In this document: positions 62,522 through 64,000 of the stretch, piece by piece
Numbering within the stretch: the first letter of the stretch is position 1
Layout: the number at the start of each line of letters is the position of its first letter
Assembly: GCA_963717755.1 (NCBI GenBank)
Contig: CAVQWY010000002.1
Coordinates: forward strand, 682,393 to 746,392
Source of the DNA: an uncultured Microthrixaceae bacterium
GTDB lineage: Bacteria; Actinomycetota; Acidimicrobiia; Acidimicrobiales; VFJN01
Direction: 5' to 3'
Length of the DNA: 64,000 bases
The notes under the pieces: model-generated
What the model saw: the letters and a program-made list of their open reading frames with translations, nothing else
Told to the model about the DNA's origin: nothing
The model's database searches: none
Made by a program: the position numbers and the translations under genes

Positions 62522-63877
62522 ATGCCCGACCTCGACGCGATCTTCAAGGCCTACGACATCCGAGGCGTCACCCCCGACCAGCTCGACGCCGACGTGGCGC
62601 GGGCCGTTGGCGAGGCGTTCGCGGTCTTCGTGCAGGGCCAGGTCGGTGGGGCGAGGAAGGTGCTCGTCGGGCGCGACATGCGCGCGTCCGGTGTCGACCT
62701 GGCCGCGGCCTTCTCCGACGGCGTGCGAGCGCAGGGCATCGACGTCGTCGACCTGGGCCTGGCGTCCACCGACCTCGTGTACTTCGCGGCGGGGAAGCTC
62801 GACGCGCCGGCCGCGATGTTCACCGCCTCGCACAACCCAGCGCAGTACAACGGCATGAAGCTGTGCCTGGCGGGCGCCAAGCCGATCGGCGTGGACACCG
62901 GGCTCGGCGAGATCAAGCGGATGGCGGCGGAGGGCGTGCCAGCCGGCGCGGGGCCCGCGGGCGGCTTCGAGTCGCTCGACCTGCTCCGCGCCTTCGGCGA
63001 GCACGTCCGCTCGTTCGTCGACCAGACGGTGCTGCGCCCGCTCAAGGTCGTGGCCGACACGGCCAACGGCATGGGCGGCCTCGTGGTGCCGGCCGTGTTC
63101 GAGGGCCTGCCCGTCGACCTCGAGGTCCTCTACGCCGAGCTCGACGGCAGCTTCCCCAACCACCCGGCCGACCCGATCCAGGTCGAGAACCTGCGCGACC
63201 TGCAAGCCCGTGTCCTCGCGGTCGGCGCCGATGTCGGCTTGGCGTTCGACGGCGACGCGGACCGGGTGTTCCTCGTCGACGAGCTCGGGGAGCCGGTGTC
63301 CGGGTCCACCACCACGGCCATCGTGGCGGTCGGGGTGCTCGAGAAGAACCCCGGCGCCACGATCCTCCACAACTGCATCTGCTCCAAGGCCGTGCCCGAG
63401 GTGATCCGCGAGCATGGCGGCACGCCCGTCCGCACGAAGGTGGGCCACAGCTACATCAAGGCGGTGATGGCCGAGACGGGTGCCGCCTTCGGCGGGGAGC
63501 ACTCCGCGCACTACTACTTCCGCGACAACTAGCGGGCCGACTCCGGCTCGATCGCGGCGCTGCTCGTGCTGGAGCAGCTCGCGAAGGCGGGCGTGCCGCT
63601 GTCGGAGCTGCGCCGCCCGTTCGACCGCTACGCGGCCTCCGGCGAGATCAACAGCACCGTCGCCGACCCCGCCGCGGTGATCGAGCGGGTGGCGGCCACC
63701 TACCCCTCGGAGGCGCAGGACCGGCTCGACGGGCTCACCGTCGACCTCGGTGATTGGTGGTTCAACCTGCGGGCCTCCAACACGGAGCCCCTGCTCCGAC
63801 TCAACCTCGAAGCGCCCGATGCGGCAATGTGTGCAGCGAAGGTCGCCGAGGTCCAAGCCCTCATCGACGCCGCCTGA
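62522..63877 (+). pseudogene. manB: Phosphomannomutase/phosphoglucomutase with in-frame TAG at 63530..63532
   Basis: Active-site TASHNPAQYNG, metal loop FDGDADR, GGEHSAHYYFRDN-stop-RADSGSIAALLVLE. The same frame continues to 63877. Confidence 0.9.
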
Positions 63878-63895
63878 TCCAAGGAGTCCCACCCC

Positions 63896-64000
63896 ATGGC
63901 CCTCGACCCCCAGCTGCTCGAGATCCTCGCCTGCCCCGACGACAAGGGCCCGCTCCTGTACTTCGAGGACGAGGACGCGCTCTACAACCCACGGCTCAAG
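63896..64000 (+). CDS. Trm112-family small protein (3' end cut by window edge)
   Basis: AAGGAG 9 nt upstream of the ATG. MALDPQLLEILACPDDKGPLLYFEDE is the Trm112/DUF343 signature. Confidence 0.75.
   Translation, partial: MALDPQLLEILACPDDKGPLLYFEDEDALYNPRLK

Noticed and set aside
63530-63532. TAG in manB as pyrrolysine or programmed readthrough.
   Set aside because: No pyl genes or PYLIS-like context appear in the window. The position corresponds to a conserved Trp in homologs I recall, one transition from TGG. A mutation or base error is simpler.
1-64000. Programmed ribosomal frameshifting or recoding as an explanation for the many frame switches.
   Set aside because: The shifts occur in about 29 unrelated genes, in both directions. 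I saw no shared slippery heptamer or downstream structure. They often come several per gene. Error or decay is far more parsimonious.

Overview
Very GC-rich Actinomycetota-type chromosome segment. F420 genes, a DinB/mycothiol-type enzyme, an LCP ligase and DUF3499/DUF5719-like genes support that placement. From memory, the gene content resembles the conserved mycobacterial pmmA-fbiAB-manC-rmlD-LCP ... birA-accA3-lpdA neighbourhood. Most of the window is a cell-envelope glycan locus: Wzm/Wzt-type ABC exporter, LCP ligase, rmlACBD-ugd operon, gmd/rmd, manB/manC, a galE-like gene, about 8 glycosyltransferases and a Gtr-like module. Housekeeping genes are interspersed (accA, birA, pabBC, an acyl-CoA dehydrogenase, cofDE, ftsH). 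No rRNA, tRNA or CRISPR array was found. Five things stand out. (1) gmd carries a 340-aa intein with a LAGLIDADG-type endonuclease, inserted in the invariant NHE|SPRRG motif. (2) A Tat-signal protein has 26 Cys in about 150 aa fused to five FG-GAP-like repeats. It is co-operonic with a membrane thioredoxin-like gene and lies near a MauE-like gene. (3) A ~6.2-kb integrative element sits in the 3' end of an MFS transporter gene. It is bounded by 58-bp direct repeats and carries int/xis, an IS110-family transposase, a second tyrosine recombinase, a DUF4160/DUF2442 pair and a HicB-like gene. (4) By my hand count, about 50 reading-frame disruptions affect about half of the genes. They are very unevenly spread, with hot-spots flanking the island, while several 2-3 kb genes are intact. 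Assembly indel error and real gene decay cannot be separated from sequence alone. (5) manB has an in-frame TAG at the position I recall as a conserved Trp. Coordinates of frameshifted genes are reconstructed by stitching frames and are approximate. Family names are recalled from motifs, not from searches.
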